Assembly (NCBI RefSeq): GCF_000015945.1
Contig: NC_009033.1
Location: 960,001 to 992,000 of the forward strand
Reading direction: 5' to 3'
DNA length: 32,000 bases
Origin: Staphylothermus marinus F1
GTDB taxonomy: Archaea > Thermoproteota > Thermoprotei_A > Sulfolobales > Desulfurococcaceae
The position numbers were made by a program, and so were the translations under genes. Positions within the stretch are counted from its first letter, which is position 1; every line of letters begins with the position of its first letter. Of this stretch, positions 17,503 through 27,700 are shown in pieces. Under the pieces are notes generated by a model that was not told the origin of the DNA, made no database searches, and saw only the letters and a list, made by a program, of their open reading frames with translations.

Positions 17503-17782
17503 CTGATTTTTTCTTTGTCTTAGTTGATTTCGTCTTAGAAGCCTTCTTCTTGGCAGTTTTTTTATGATGTATTGTTTTAGCAAATCCCTTTTCTAGCTCT
17601 CTAAGTGATGTCTCACCGCGGACAAATTTTTCCCATAAAATAGTTGTTTTAATGAATTTTTCTAAATAGTTTATTCTCACAAGACGGGGCGGTGTTTTTT
17701 CCTCGGTTTCTTCCTCCTCTTCTTCCATATATTCCTCCTCTAATGTTTCACTGATCTCCTCCAAAATCAACGAAGATTTCAC
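17495..17782 (-). CDS. small bipolar protein (poly-Glu N-terminal half, Lys/Thr/Ser-rich basic tail), partner of the upstream membrane ATPase
   Basis: MEEEEEETEEK acidic run and KKTAKKKASKTKSTKTKKKSVK tail. The GTG start overlaps the ATPase TGA stop (GTGA, 4 nt), implying translational coupling. Confidence 0.45.
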   Translation of the reverse strand: MKSSLILEEISETLEEEYMEEEEEETEEKTPPRLVRINYLEKFIKTTILWEKFVRGETSLRELEKGFAKTIHHKKTAKKKASKTKSTKTKKKSVK

Positions 17783-19638
17783 CCTGCATACATATTTTGT
17801 GCAATATCTTCCTCATTGACAATAAATATTTCGTTGAATCCACTAATTGATAGAATATAATTGTAGCTTTTAAGATTTGTTAAAGCCGATTTTGAAGCAA
17901 TAATTTCATGTTTATCGCATCCACTACATATTACACGGGAGGAATATTCTAGGTTTTTAGGCTCAGAAGTATTGAAAAATATTTTTATAGAAGAATTTTC
18001 CACAACAGAATCTGGTACCGCTAGGATCTGTTGTGAAATAATTATTAATCCTAAACCATATTTTCTACTCTCCATTAATAATTTTGACACAATGTTTCTA
18101 CTCATTCCTCTTCTAAGAAACATATATGCTTCATCAAGCACCATCATTAATTCATTCCTTAACTCACCGATATACATACTATCCAAGATTCTCTGTAGAA
18201 GAGCATTCACATATAATGCCTTTACGAAATCGCTACTTAAACCATTCAGAGTCACTATTGTAGGGGTTTTTGTTAGGTCGTGAAAGCTTATATTTGTTGA
18301 GCTAAAGACATTATCAGCTAGAATTCGTATATAGGGGTAGATCTTCTTATAGAGTTCATTATTGCTCATTAATCTCTGACAGAACTCTAATAGATCATGC
18401 ATTGTTGGAGGTTTACTACTCCACGTTTCCGGCTTATCCGGATAAATCCCTTTAAACCTATATACATCCAATATTAGATCAGCAAACAAATGTCTCTGTA
18501 TCGGGCCTAACTTGAAAAGAGTTGATACAAAACTTGATATCTGGTATGCTTTTTCTTTCGGACCTAAACGTCCAAGTTCTAATGGGTTAATACTAAGTGT
18601 TGATGCATCAACTATATTTAATTCAGGAACATATTTTCTAAGAATTTTATATTCATTATGCGGATCTATAATTATAAATGATATCCCGTATTTTTTATAA
18701 ATTTCGCGGACAATATGCTTTGCAAGCAAAGACTTTCCTGTACCACTTGCACCTGTTATTAAAATATGCCTGTTAGGCAAAGATTTGAGATTTATATATA
18801 TAGGTTTCTCGGTTACTCTCCAATACCATGTCTTCTTTTTATAGTGATAATGATGTATTTCTTGATACACTTTTCTAGGAATACCATATGTAAGGATCGC
18901 TTTTATCTTTCCAAAATATATGTGTTCACTGTTCTGAGTTATTATTTTTGATAATCTATATTCAAATATTTCATATGGTCTCATAATAGATAGAATGTAT
19001 GCTATAATCGGAACTAATGCTAAATAGCTAAGAGTAGACAATATCCCTAGGGGAACAATATACAAATATTTTCTCATACCCCGTAGCGATAATGTTGATG
19101 TTATAATTGCATTAGCGACTATACCAATTTTGCTCATAAGGAGGGATTTCATATATTCATAGGCAAATATGTATAAAAACGGCAAACTAAGTGAAAGAAT
19201 AGAAAAATATATTGTAATTAAATGTAAAATTGAAACATCAAATGATTTTATAAAATTAGATTCTCGAACGAGATCACGCATTCCCAAAACTTTCGTAGTA
19301 ATTAGTACAGTTAAAATCAAAGCCAAGATAAGTGAAAACATGTAAACATACAATGCTGTACCTATTCCAGATTCTAGCACATACTTGTTTAACCAATATA
19401 CAATAGTATAGTTGATTATTCCAAGAATGTTAGAGGAATATAATAAGCTTGAAACGAGAACAAATACTATATTTAATAAAACAACTGTAACACCATTAAA
19501 ATATGGATCAAATATTAGACCACCTACATTATGACCGCTATGGACAAGAGATAACACATGTATATATAGGAAATTAATTATTAGCCCGACAATAATTCTT
19601 ATCCAAGCCACATATTTATTGAACATATCATCATCCAT
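17779..19638 (-). CDS. membrane-anchored HerA/FtsK/VirB4-superfamily ATPase (DUF87-like) with a polytopic N-terminal domain
   Basis: About 6-7 hydrophobic helices in the first ~225 aa. Then Walker A HILITGASGTGKS, IIDPHNEY, Walker B MMVLDEAYMF, and ESRKYGLGLIIISQQ. Confidence 0.8.
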   Translation of the reverse strand: MDDDMFNKYVAWIRIIVGLIINFLYIHVLSLVHSGHNVGGLIFDPYFNGVTVVLLNIVFVLVSSLLYSSNILGIINYTIVYWLNKYVLESGIGTALYVYMFSLILALILTVLITTKVLGMRDLVRESNFIKSFDVSILHLITIYFSILSLSLPFLYIFAYEYMKSLLMSKIGIVANAIITSTLSLRGMRKYLYIVPLGILSTLSYLALVPIIAYILSIMRPYEIFEYRLSKIITQNSEHIYFGKIKAILTYGIPRKVYQEIHHYHYKKKTWYWRVTEKPIYINLKSLPNRHILITGASGTGKSLLAKHIVREIYKKYGISFIIIDPHNEYKILRKYVPELNIVDASTLSINPLELGRLGPKEKAYQISSFVSTLFKLGPIQRHLFADLILDVYRFKGIYPDKPETWSSKPPTMHDLLEFCQRLMSNNELYKKIYPYIRILADNVFSSTNISFHDLTKTPTIVTLNGLSSDFVKALYVNALLQRILDSMYIGELRNELMMVLDEAYMFLRRGMSRNIVSKLLMESRKYGLGLIIISQQILAVPDSVVENSSIKIFFNTSEPKNLEYSSRVICSGCDKHEIIASKSALTNLKSYNYILSISGFNEIFIVNEEDIAQNMYAG

Positions 19639-19738
19639 ATTTTCATAACTTTTATAAAAGATTTTGTTTCGTTATCTATAATAATGCAGCGACTATTAAA
19701 AAGGGTTTTATCCCTCTTATTATAAGGGAAAATAAACT

Positions 19739-22543
19739 ATGACTAACCTTGTCAAATGCCTGCAAGAAATAGGATACAAGAAACTTACATCTCTCCAAAT
19801 AAAAGCATTCAAAGCCATATATAAAGAAAAAAACTCAGTAATAATTGTCGCACCAACAGGTTCCGGTAAAACAGAAGCTGCTCTATTACCTATAATGTAT
19901 AAAATAAATAAGCACGGATATAAGCCAATATCAGCTATTTATATAACACCATTAAGAGCGCTCAATAGAGATATTAAGAGAAGAATGGAAAAGCTAGCTA
20001 AATGCTTCGGGGTTTCAATAAATTTAAGACACGGTGACACACCTTACAAGCTTCGCAAATATATAGAGACAAATCCGCCCCACATTCTTGTTACAACTCC
20101 TGAAACATTCAATTATATATTGATAAACGATAAGATGAGAAAATATATTGCTAATCTAAAGTACATCGTTATCGACGAATTCAGAGATTTAATAGAAAGT
20201 AAACGTGGTATTTTATTATTAACTAGTATTTATTTATTAGAGCATTATCTTAAACATAAATTTATAAAGATCGCTTTAACGGCGACTTTGAAGAATATTA
20301 GGTTAGCAATGGAGATACTGAGTAGCTCTGCTTTGCCCAGTAATATTGATGTATTGATCGATAATACTTTGAAGCCTATTGATGTTAAAGTAGTGGTTCC
20401 CGAATGCAAAGATAATGATAATAAATGTAAATTTCTGAGCTCGATTCTAGAAGATAAAGATTTAATTGCTAGAATTCTCAGGATATATGATTTATTTAGG
20501 TCTAAGAGGAGCATTCTCGTATTTGTTAATACTAGATCGATAGCTGAAAAGCTTGGTTATTTATTAAAAGTCGTTAATGAAAAATTGGGGGCTAATAATA
20601 TTCATGTAGAAGTCCATCATGGAAGCTTATCGAGGAATCATAGATTAAAGGTTGAAGAAGACTTTAGAAATGGGCGCTTAAAGGGATTAATTGCGACTTC
20701 AAGTATGGAACTAGGTATTGATGTTGGATTTATTGATTATGTTATTCAATATATGTCTCCAAGACAAGTTGTCAGGCTCGTTCAGAGAATTGGTAGAAGT
20801 GGTCATAAATTATCTGGGATTTCTCGTGGAGAAATAATTGTTCAAAACAATACTTTACAGATACTAGAATCCCTCGTAATAGCTAGAAGAGCAATTAATG
20901 GTGATATAGAAGAGGAGAGAATACCTGTTAAGCCATTAGATGTTCTTGCTTATTCCATCGTATTGTATAGTTTGATAACAGAGGGTATCAACATATATGA
21001 TCTTTATTCATTGTTAATTATGAATCCCATATATAGAGATCTTGATGTAAAAGAGTTCAATGACTTAATCGAGTATTTGAAATATGCCAGGCTTATCAAG
21101 GTAAAAGAAAATATTATCAAGCCAACTTCTAGGTCCAGATTATTCATATATAAAACAACAATGATTCCTTCAACCAAAGACGTTATAATAATAAACGTTG
21201 TAGATGATCGTAGAATAGGTGTATTGAACGAGGAATACGTTGTTCTAAATATCTCTGAAGGAGACGTAGTGGTTGTTGGGGGAAAGCCGTGGAAAGTCAT
21301 AGGATATGATCAACAGAATGCCAAGCTATATGTTGAACCATATAATGTATCAGAGAATATAATAATACCTCACTGGGAGGGCGAAAATATACCGGTTGAA
21401 TACAAGTTGGCTAGAGAAGTTGGATCACTTATAAGAAGAATTTCCTTAAACATGAAGATCGACGATTATAAAACGCTCTTATTAAACGATAATATAAAGC
21501 TTGAAGGCATTAATGATCTTGCTGATGATAAAACTATTATAATTGAGGGAAATATTGAGCTTGGTCTTGTAATAGTTAATATCAATGGGGGTTCAAGGGT
21601 TAATAGGTTCATGAGAGATCTATTGAAATCAGTGATTCAATGGAGATATCCGTTTCTAAAAATTAATGCGTACTCTACACCATACGCGGTATTTATTACA
21701 TTAAATAATAAACAATATGTTAGAGAAGTAGTTAATACGATCGAGCAAGTAATGCATAATATTAATCGGTATCTGACCCGTAAAAGTTTGAAAAGAATAG
21801 CGGTTGAACAAGGTACTATGCACTGGAGAATATTTCAGGTAGCACAACGATTTGGAGCATTGGATCCTGAGAAAAATAAAATCACTAAAGCTATGCTCGA
21901 GGCCTTTGTAGACACGGTTATAGGATATGAAGCATTAAACGAAGTTTTATGGAAAGATTATGATATTGAATCGATCAAACAGCTAGCCGACTTAGTCATG
22001 AATGGTAATGTAAAAATTATCTCTAAAATTACAAGTAAACTAACTAATGGCGGGAGACAATTAATAACATATTATGGTGAAGTAAGAACGGTAATGCCAG
22101 CCTCATTGGCTGGTAGGGAGAAATACTTCCAATACATAATGAATAGACGGATGAGCCTAATATGTTTACACTGTGGATACGTGATTACTGATACTGTAAG
22201 TAAACTAGTTAATATTAAAAAATGTCCTAAATGCGGATATATGACTTTGGCACCAGTTAAAGGAGATGCTAGAAAAGAAACCATAATTGTTAGAAAGGCT
22301 TTAAATAGAACAAAATTACGTGGGGAAGAAAAAACTGTTCTTGAAGATCTTAGGAAACGGGCAATACTCTATTCGCAATTCGGAGAATTAGCTCTAAAGA
22401 TTCTAGCTTCTAGAGGAATCGGAGTAAGCGAGGCTATACGTGTGATTAATCGTGTGCTTGAAGGCTATGATTTATATAATGAATTGTATGAGAGTGAGAA
22501 GAAGTATCTAAGAATTAAAACTTATTTAAAAGATAATGATTAA
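19739..22543 (+). CDS. lhr: Lhr-type superfamily 2 DEAD/DEAH-box helicase with a C-terminal zinc ribbon
   Basis: Motif I APTGSGKTEAA, motif II VIDEFRDL, TATL, motif V/VI ATSSMELGIDVG and QRIGRSGH. Long Lhr-like C-terminal extension with CLHCG...CPKCG. Confidence 0.85.
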   Translation: MTNLVKCLQEIGYKKLTSLQIKAFKAIYKEKNSVIIVAPTGSGKTEAALLPIMYKINKHGYKPISAIYITPLRALNRDIKRRMEKLAKCFGVSINLRHGDTPYKLRKYIETNPPHILVTTPETFNYILINDKMRKYIANLKYIVIDEFRDLIESKRGILLLTSIYLLEHYLKHKFIKIALTATLKNIRLAMEILSSSALPSNIDVLIDNTLKPIDVKVVVPECKDNDNKCKFLSSILEDKDLIARILRIYDLFRSKRSILVFVNTRSIAEKLGYLLKVVNEKLGANNIHVEVHHGSLSRNHRLKVEEDFRNGRLKGLIATSSMELGIDVGFIDYVIQYMSPRQVVRLVQRIGRSGHKLSGISRGEIIVQNNTLQILESLVIARRAINGDIEEERIPVKPLDVLAYSIVLYSLITEGINIYDLYSLLIMNPIYRDLDVKEFNDLIEYLKYARLIKVKENIIKPTSRSRLFIYKTTMIPSTKDVIIINVVDDRRIGVLNEEYVVLNISEGDVVVVGGKPWKVIGYDQQNAKLYVEPYNVSENIIIPHWEGENIPVEYKLAREVGSLIRRISLNMKIDDYKTLLLNDNIKLEGINDLADDKTIIIEGNIELGLVIVNINGGSRVNRFMRDLLKSVIQWRYPFLKINAYSTPYAVFITLNNKQYVREVVNTIEQVMHNINRYLTRKSLKRIAVEQGTMHWRIFQVAQRFGALDPEKNKITKAMLEAFVDTVIGYEALNEVLWKDYDIESIKQLADLVMNGNVKIISKITSKLTNGGRQLITYYGEVRTVMPASLAGREKYFQYIMNRRMSLICLHCGYVITDTVSKLVNIKKCPKCGYMTLAPVKGDARKETIIVRKALNRTKLRGEEKTVLEDLRKRAILYSQFGELALKILASRGIGVSEAIRVINRVLEGYDLYNELYESEKKYLRIKTYLKDND

Positions 22544-24513
22544 GCTTCTTCAGGTATTATTCCTGCGATACGAAATGTTTCTATAACTTCCACTCCATGC
22601 TTTCTACTAGGTCTCTTCCATATACCCGGATCATTAGTTATCAGAGGCAATACTATTTTTTCAACTAATATCTCTGAGATAGGGCAGACTTCTAAACATA
22701 TCCTACAACCTATGCATGGCTTCGTGGGTAAAGGCCCATATTTTGTTAGTCGTATTATTTTTAAAGGACACCATAATACGCAGCTTCCACATTTGGCACA
22801 TCCATATATTCTATATATAATTTTTAAGACATCCGCTAAATCCTCTAAATTTTCAGGTTCTTTATAGGGGCTCACATTAATCTTGTTCTTCTCTATTATA
22901 ATGTTTGTATTCTTAGTTTCAATTATGATCTTGTCTTTGTCTCTATAAATTTTCTTCTTAAGCATAAGTATGTTGTGTATTAGTTGTTGTTGTACTTCAT
23001 CGATAATCACATCCTTGTTAAATTCAATTATTAAATGTTCATTAGTGGAGAAGATCTTTAGTGGAGCTAAATTGACAGTGCTATTTAATAATCTAAGTAT
23101 ATATTCTCGTCTCCAATCAATATTGTATCCTGGTATATGTCTTGCCAGCCTATATTTAGCTACTGCTGGAGTTAACCATCTCCATAAACCATATTTTATC
23201 CATTCAATTGGTTGATCTAATTTTTTCCTCCAATACTCTAGAACATCAACCCATCTCTGCCATTCTTCTGGGTAATGCTTTTCTATCTCCTTAAATTCTG
23301 CGAGTGTACTTGAGGGACAAACATAACAACCCAGTCTTTCAAACCCCATATCATATAGTTTATTGTATGGAAGCTTATACTTAGTTATATAGAGCCATTC
23401 AACTAGTTGGTTCCATTCTTGAATAGGTGATGCACTCAATAAATGTGGTACCCACCTATTCCTCCAAACACTAGGGCTTCTAGCACGATCTATTGATTCA
23501 TATGCTCTCTGACCAACAATATTTAATGCGCCATTACCCCACTTAGCCTTAGTTACTCGAGCAATTGGCACAAGCTTTGTTATCTTACAGCACCAACGAT
23601 AATCTTTTCCAGGAGGACCAAAGATCCAAACTGCTTTCCAAAATGCATCGCCTGCAGATGCCTTAACTAATTTAAGGCCGTAATGTTTTGAAACATATTC
23701 AACGTTCTTAATGGTTTCCGGTAATTCCAATCCAGTATCATTAAATAACAATTCTGCGTCTCCAAGCGCTTCAAGCGTTAAATTCAAAGCTGTTAAACTA
23801 TCTTTTCCTCCCGAATACGATACAACAACTGGTAGTTTGTTCTTCTCATAGAGTTTTCTGAGGAACTTGATAGCTTTTTCTTTATAGAATTCTATGCCGT
23901 ATTCATTATGTTTTAGCACAGTCTCCAGATCTGATTTCTTCATACTAGTTTCTACTGGTAATCGTTTTTCCTTAAATGTTTTTATAACGATTATTCTATC
24001 TCCTATATTTTCGCCAATACCTATTATTTCATCTTTCTCGTTAATAATCACTACCTGACGTGAACTAGTAGAAGACTTATCAATATATGATCCTCTAAAG
24101 ACTCTTTTATTGGTTTTAACAATATCTACAAGGCCGTCTCTAACAGCAATGTATGCACCCGTATAGTTTAGCCTAAACCTCCATCTTTCACGGAACGGAT
24201 CATAATATAATTGTCCAAGCACATTCCCAGAGGCAATTGTTTCCCACATTTGATCCCAATGGGGAACTTTATTAAGTAATGTAAAACAGTTCTTGAAGAA
24301 TATATTGTAGATTTTCTCATCACCAAACTCGTATTTTATGGCACTCATCAGTCTTTCATGATCAATTCGAAACGCTGGTCTAGCATCGCCAGGTTCTGTG
24401 AGTTTTAATACATAGAATAAATCCTCCTGTCCTGGTAGAGGCTTAATTACTGGTATATTATATTCCGGATCCCAGTAGATCCTTGTCTTTTTAGGCCATA
24501 TCTTCCTCATCAC
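22540..24513 (-). CDS. PP-loop ATP pyrophosphatase (PAPS reductase/DndC-like family) with an N-terminal extension and a C-terminal 2x[4Fe-4S] ferredoxin domain
   Basis: PP-loop VVVSYSGGKDS, RLGCYVCP motif, and C-terminal CAKCGSCVLWCP and CIGCRICLEVCP. It overlaps the convergent lhr stop by 4 nt. Confidence 0.75.
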   Translation of the reverse strand: MMRKIWPKKTRIYWDPEYNIPVIKPLPGQEDLFYVLKLTEPGDARPAFRIDHERLMSAIKYEFGDEKIYNIFFKNCFTLLNKVPHWDQMWETIASGNVLGQLYYDPFRERWRFRLNYTGAYIAVRDGLVDIVKTNKRVFRGSYIDKSSTSSRQVVIINEKDEIIGIGENIGDRIIVIKTFKEKRLPVETSMKKSDLETVLKHNEYGIEFYKEKAIKFLRKLYEKNKLPVVVSYSGGKDSLTALNLTLEALGDAELLFNDTGLELPETIKNVEYVSKHYGLKLVKASAGDAFWKAVWIFGPPGKDYRWCCKITKLVPIARVTKAKWGNGALNIVGQRAYESIDRARSPSVWRNRWVPHLLSASPIQEWNQLVEWLYITKYKLPYNKLYDMGFERLGCYVCPSSTLAEFKEIEKHYPEEWQRWVDVLEYWRKKLDQPIEWIKYGLWRWLTPAVAKYRLARHIPGYNIDWRREYILRLLNSTVNLAPLKIFSTNEHLIIEFNKDVIIDEVQQQLIHNILMLKKKIYRDKDKIIIETKNTNIIIEKNKINVSPYKEPENLEDLADVLKIIYRIYGCAKCGSCVLWCPLKIIRLTKYGPLPTKPCIGCRICLEVCPISEILVEKIVLPLITNDPGIWKRPSRKHGVEVIETFRIAGIIPEEA

Positions 24514-24754
24514 GATATCTCCATTGGCTTAGTTTGTTTTAATCTTTATTTTTATTCTATCATATATGTGTAGGTCTTATGTTTGCTTAGCACTCTTATA
24601 ATGATTGTTTATTTTGTAATTATCTAGATTTAGACAATAGTCTACATCATAATCAGTTCAATGCATGGTTTTGTTCGCAATCATTTTAGACAAAGTGAGA
24701 AAGCTTAAATACTAACTAAGGAGAAATAAAATATACTAGTATAGATTATTTTAA

Positions 24755-24759
24755 GGGTG
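24755..24759 (+). promoter_or_regulatory. Shine-Dalgarno-like GGGTG upstream of the tetrabrachion ATG
   Basis: GGGTG lies 6 nt before ATG 24766. It overlaps the GTG (24757) used by the ORF track, so it argues for the ATG start. Confidence 0.45.
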
Positions 24760-24765
24760 TACGGT

Positions 24766-27700
24766 ATGAATCGCGTACTTGCATATTCATTATTAGCAAT
24801 AATGACCTTATCACTACTTATAATACCAGCTCCAGGAATAGCTCAGAGAATAACTGTAGGAGTATCAGTAAAGGCTGGCACTTACAACTTCTACAATATA
24901 ACACCAACTACTCAAACTGTCGAAGTAACCGATAATGGTATGTTGAGAGTGATAATTAATAGGACAGAAGCAACTGAGCTTGGAACTACTATAAGATTAG
25001 CATTCATACTTGATACAGATAAATATGATCCCAATGTTGGAGGATACTTCTTGAATGTATCAAATATAGGTGTATATGCACCATCTGACCCCACACAGAG
25101 CCCCTATGGTGGAGTCATTGATATAACCCAGAACAGCACGTTAACTGATGGAACACAAGTAGTAGGTAATGTAACTGTAGTTAATGGAGGCAACAATGTA
25201 ATAATATTAATTGATCTATCAAAACTGCCTGATTTACAAAATGTTGTCTATATAACAAATGTCTATACCGAAACCTCTACAACAGCTAATTTAACAAATA
25301 CCCTTCTAAGAGTGAAAGCATTCGATGCGGCTTCATGGGACGCTGTAATTTCTGGTAATCAATTCAAAATATTATATATACCATCTCTATGCAAATATGT
25401 AAAAATCAACGTAATACATTCTCCTGCAATAGTAGGCACAAATGTAGATGTTATAGTATCATTCCATAAATACTTCTCACTTGTACAGAGCATAGCTGGT
25501 GTGTCACTAGATATAACAGTAGATAACAAGACCCAGCTCAACATGACAAACTACTATAATGCTACTGAAAACTATGTTTTAGCAACATTTATCAACGGCA
25601 ACCTAACAGTTGGCGGCTCAGAAGTATTCTCCTCACCGACTGTAACGGTAATAAATGCTTCAACCTTCAAATATTCAGGCCAAGTCAAAGACTATGCCCC
25701 TACAGTTGCAGATACTGCAACTCCATGGGTGAGAACATTATACAAGTTCGAGGTAGAATTTAGGCATGAAATAGTTAATGAAACACATGATCTAATATTC
25801 TATATTCATTGTGACTCTGACACTGTATCGTATGATACTTGGCCGTTCTTAATAGTTAATGCTTCACTAGATATAACTACTACTGAGGTTGCTTTCAACT
25901 CGACAACGATTAACCCCGGTGATATAGTTAACTTTACAGCTCACAACGTACCTCTTCAATACCTAACAGCTACAAACTATGGTGTCTTACGCTTCCAACT
26001 AATTAATCCAGCACTTGTAGTGTATGTACCAGTATCTAATATGACACTATCCGCCAATACCACTACTGGAATAATCAATGGAAGCTTTGTGTTGCCAGAT
26101 GCACCATATGGTGGTTTAGACTACCTAACCTACCTAGTATTCAATGATGGTAAGTTCATAGCTAACGGTTACATAACGGTTTCACCATGTATAGAAACAT
26201 ATGTATTAACAAATACCTCAGCATATGCGGAGGATGCTGGTAGCTCGTACATCGGCAGATTTGTACCAGGTTATACTTCTGCTCCTGGAGACTATATAGT
26301 GATTAAAGGTTATGGTTTTGCATTATCAAACCTAACAGGATTCACTGTTAGTATTAACAATACTGATGTAATAATTCTTAATGCTACCTACAATGCTTCA
26401 ACAGGTAAAATAATAATCCTCGCTAAACTCCTTGACACCAATGGAACACCAATACCTGTAGGTGCAGGATTTATAAGAGTAGGCCAGAACGGTACAACAA
26501 ACATCGCGTATGCACCATTCAATGTAACAAGAAATAGTGGATTAGAGAAAGTATTGTTCAATCCTAGATGGTTCTATAATGGTACATATTATATAGAGCA
26601 TGATAAGCTCGGAGACCCATACCTATACTTCCCAGTAGATTATCCATTAGTGAACAATACGTTTACAACGGCAATGTGGCCATTCAATACAACGATTGAG
26701 GTTATAGGATGGCCTACAAACACATTCACGCTGAAAGCGTTCAATAAGGAATTTAACCTATCATTTAACCTGCTAACTCTAAGCTTAACAAATGGATACA
26801 ATATGACCAATCTCTACAACTTAACAATACCATTCCTACCATACGGCAACTATACATTATTAGAAGGAACTCTGCTAAGCGTTAATAATAGGACAGTATT
26901 CACAGTCCACATGGGCATCAATGTAGACTTAGATTCATGTAGAAATGGAACTCTAAGCATAACAGTTGTTGGAGCAGCACCAAACACTGAGTACAACTTC
27001 ACCTTCGGATACCAAGTACACGAGCTAAACTATGGTATAACTAGATACATATCGCCACAGTGGAATGGAACATGGAATATATCACTAGTAACCGACATAT
27101 ATGGTACAGGTTCAACAAGTGTTCCATTAATAACTCTCTATCCAACAAGCTATGTGATAAATGCTACATGGGACGTTATAACATGGCTTAGACTAAACGG
27201 ATCAGGCACGCTAGACTTGTTATTCTCTGTAGATGTATCATATAATGGATTTACCGATAACTTAACAACACCCATAACCTACGTGTTTGGACCAAGCGAT
27301 ACTACACCGGGATCATTCAACATATACGTAAATACTACCTATAATGTATCAGTGGTAAGAGTGGCTGTAGACTACTTACCGAGAACAAATGTAGTTATAT
27401 CAGTTCCGGAAACAGTACTACCAGGCGACACAATAACTGTCCAGATATTCCCGCACCACAATGAGGTATGGGGATTCATAGAACCCACCGCGTTATTTGA
27501 TGAGAACCAGTTATTAGGTTGGTATCTAACAGTAAGACTAGTTGATCCATTATCAAATACTGTAGTGGAGAGAGTAGCGGGATACTATGCTGGCAACCTA
27601 ATAGTTGAAGATGTAGATGGTGATGGAGACAATGAAGTATGGTTCGTTGTAAACTTGACAGCTCCACTAGTATTGGGTGTTGATAAGACTTATCGTGTAG

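Noticed and set aside
19639-19738. AAGGG/CCCT short inverted and direct repeats (19701-05, 19712-15, 19724-28) in the HerA-like/lhr divergent promoter as a regulatory hairpin.
   Set aside because: The arms are only 4-5 bp, in a region that also has to hold two TATA boxes. This cannot be distinguished from chance without comparative data.
3618-22543. Possible inteins in RtcB, the Lhr helicase or other large conserved proteins.
   Set aside because: Protein lengths are normal for their families (RtcB 483 aa, Lhr 934 aa). The conserved motifs are contiguous, with no inserted block bearing Cys/Ser...His-Asn splice-junction signatures.
24757-24765. The GTG 24757 start used by the ORF track for tetrabrachion (1527 aa).
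   Set aside because: That GTG lies within the GGGTG SD-like element. ATG 24766 gives the 1524-aa length and RHCC numbering I recall, and a conventional signal peptide beginning MNRVLAY.
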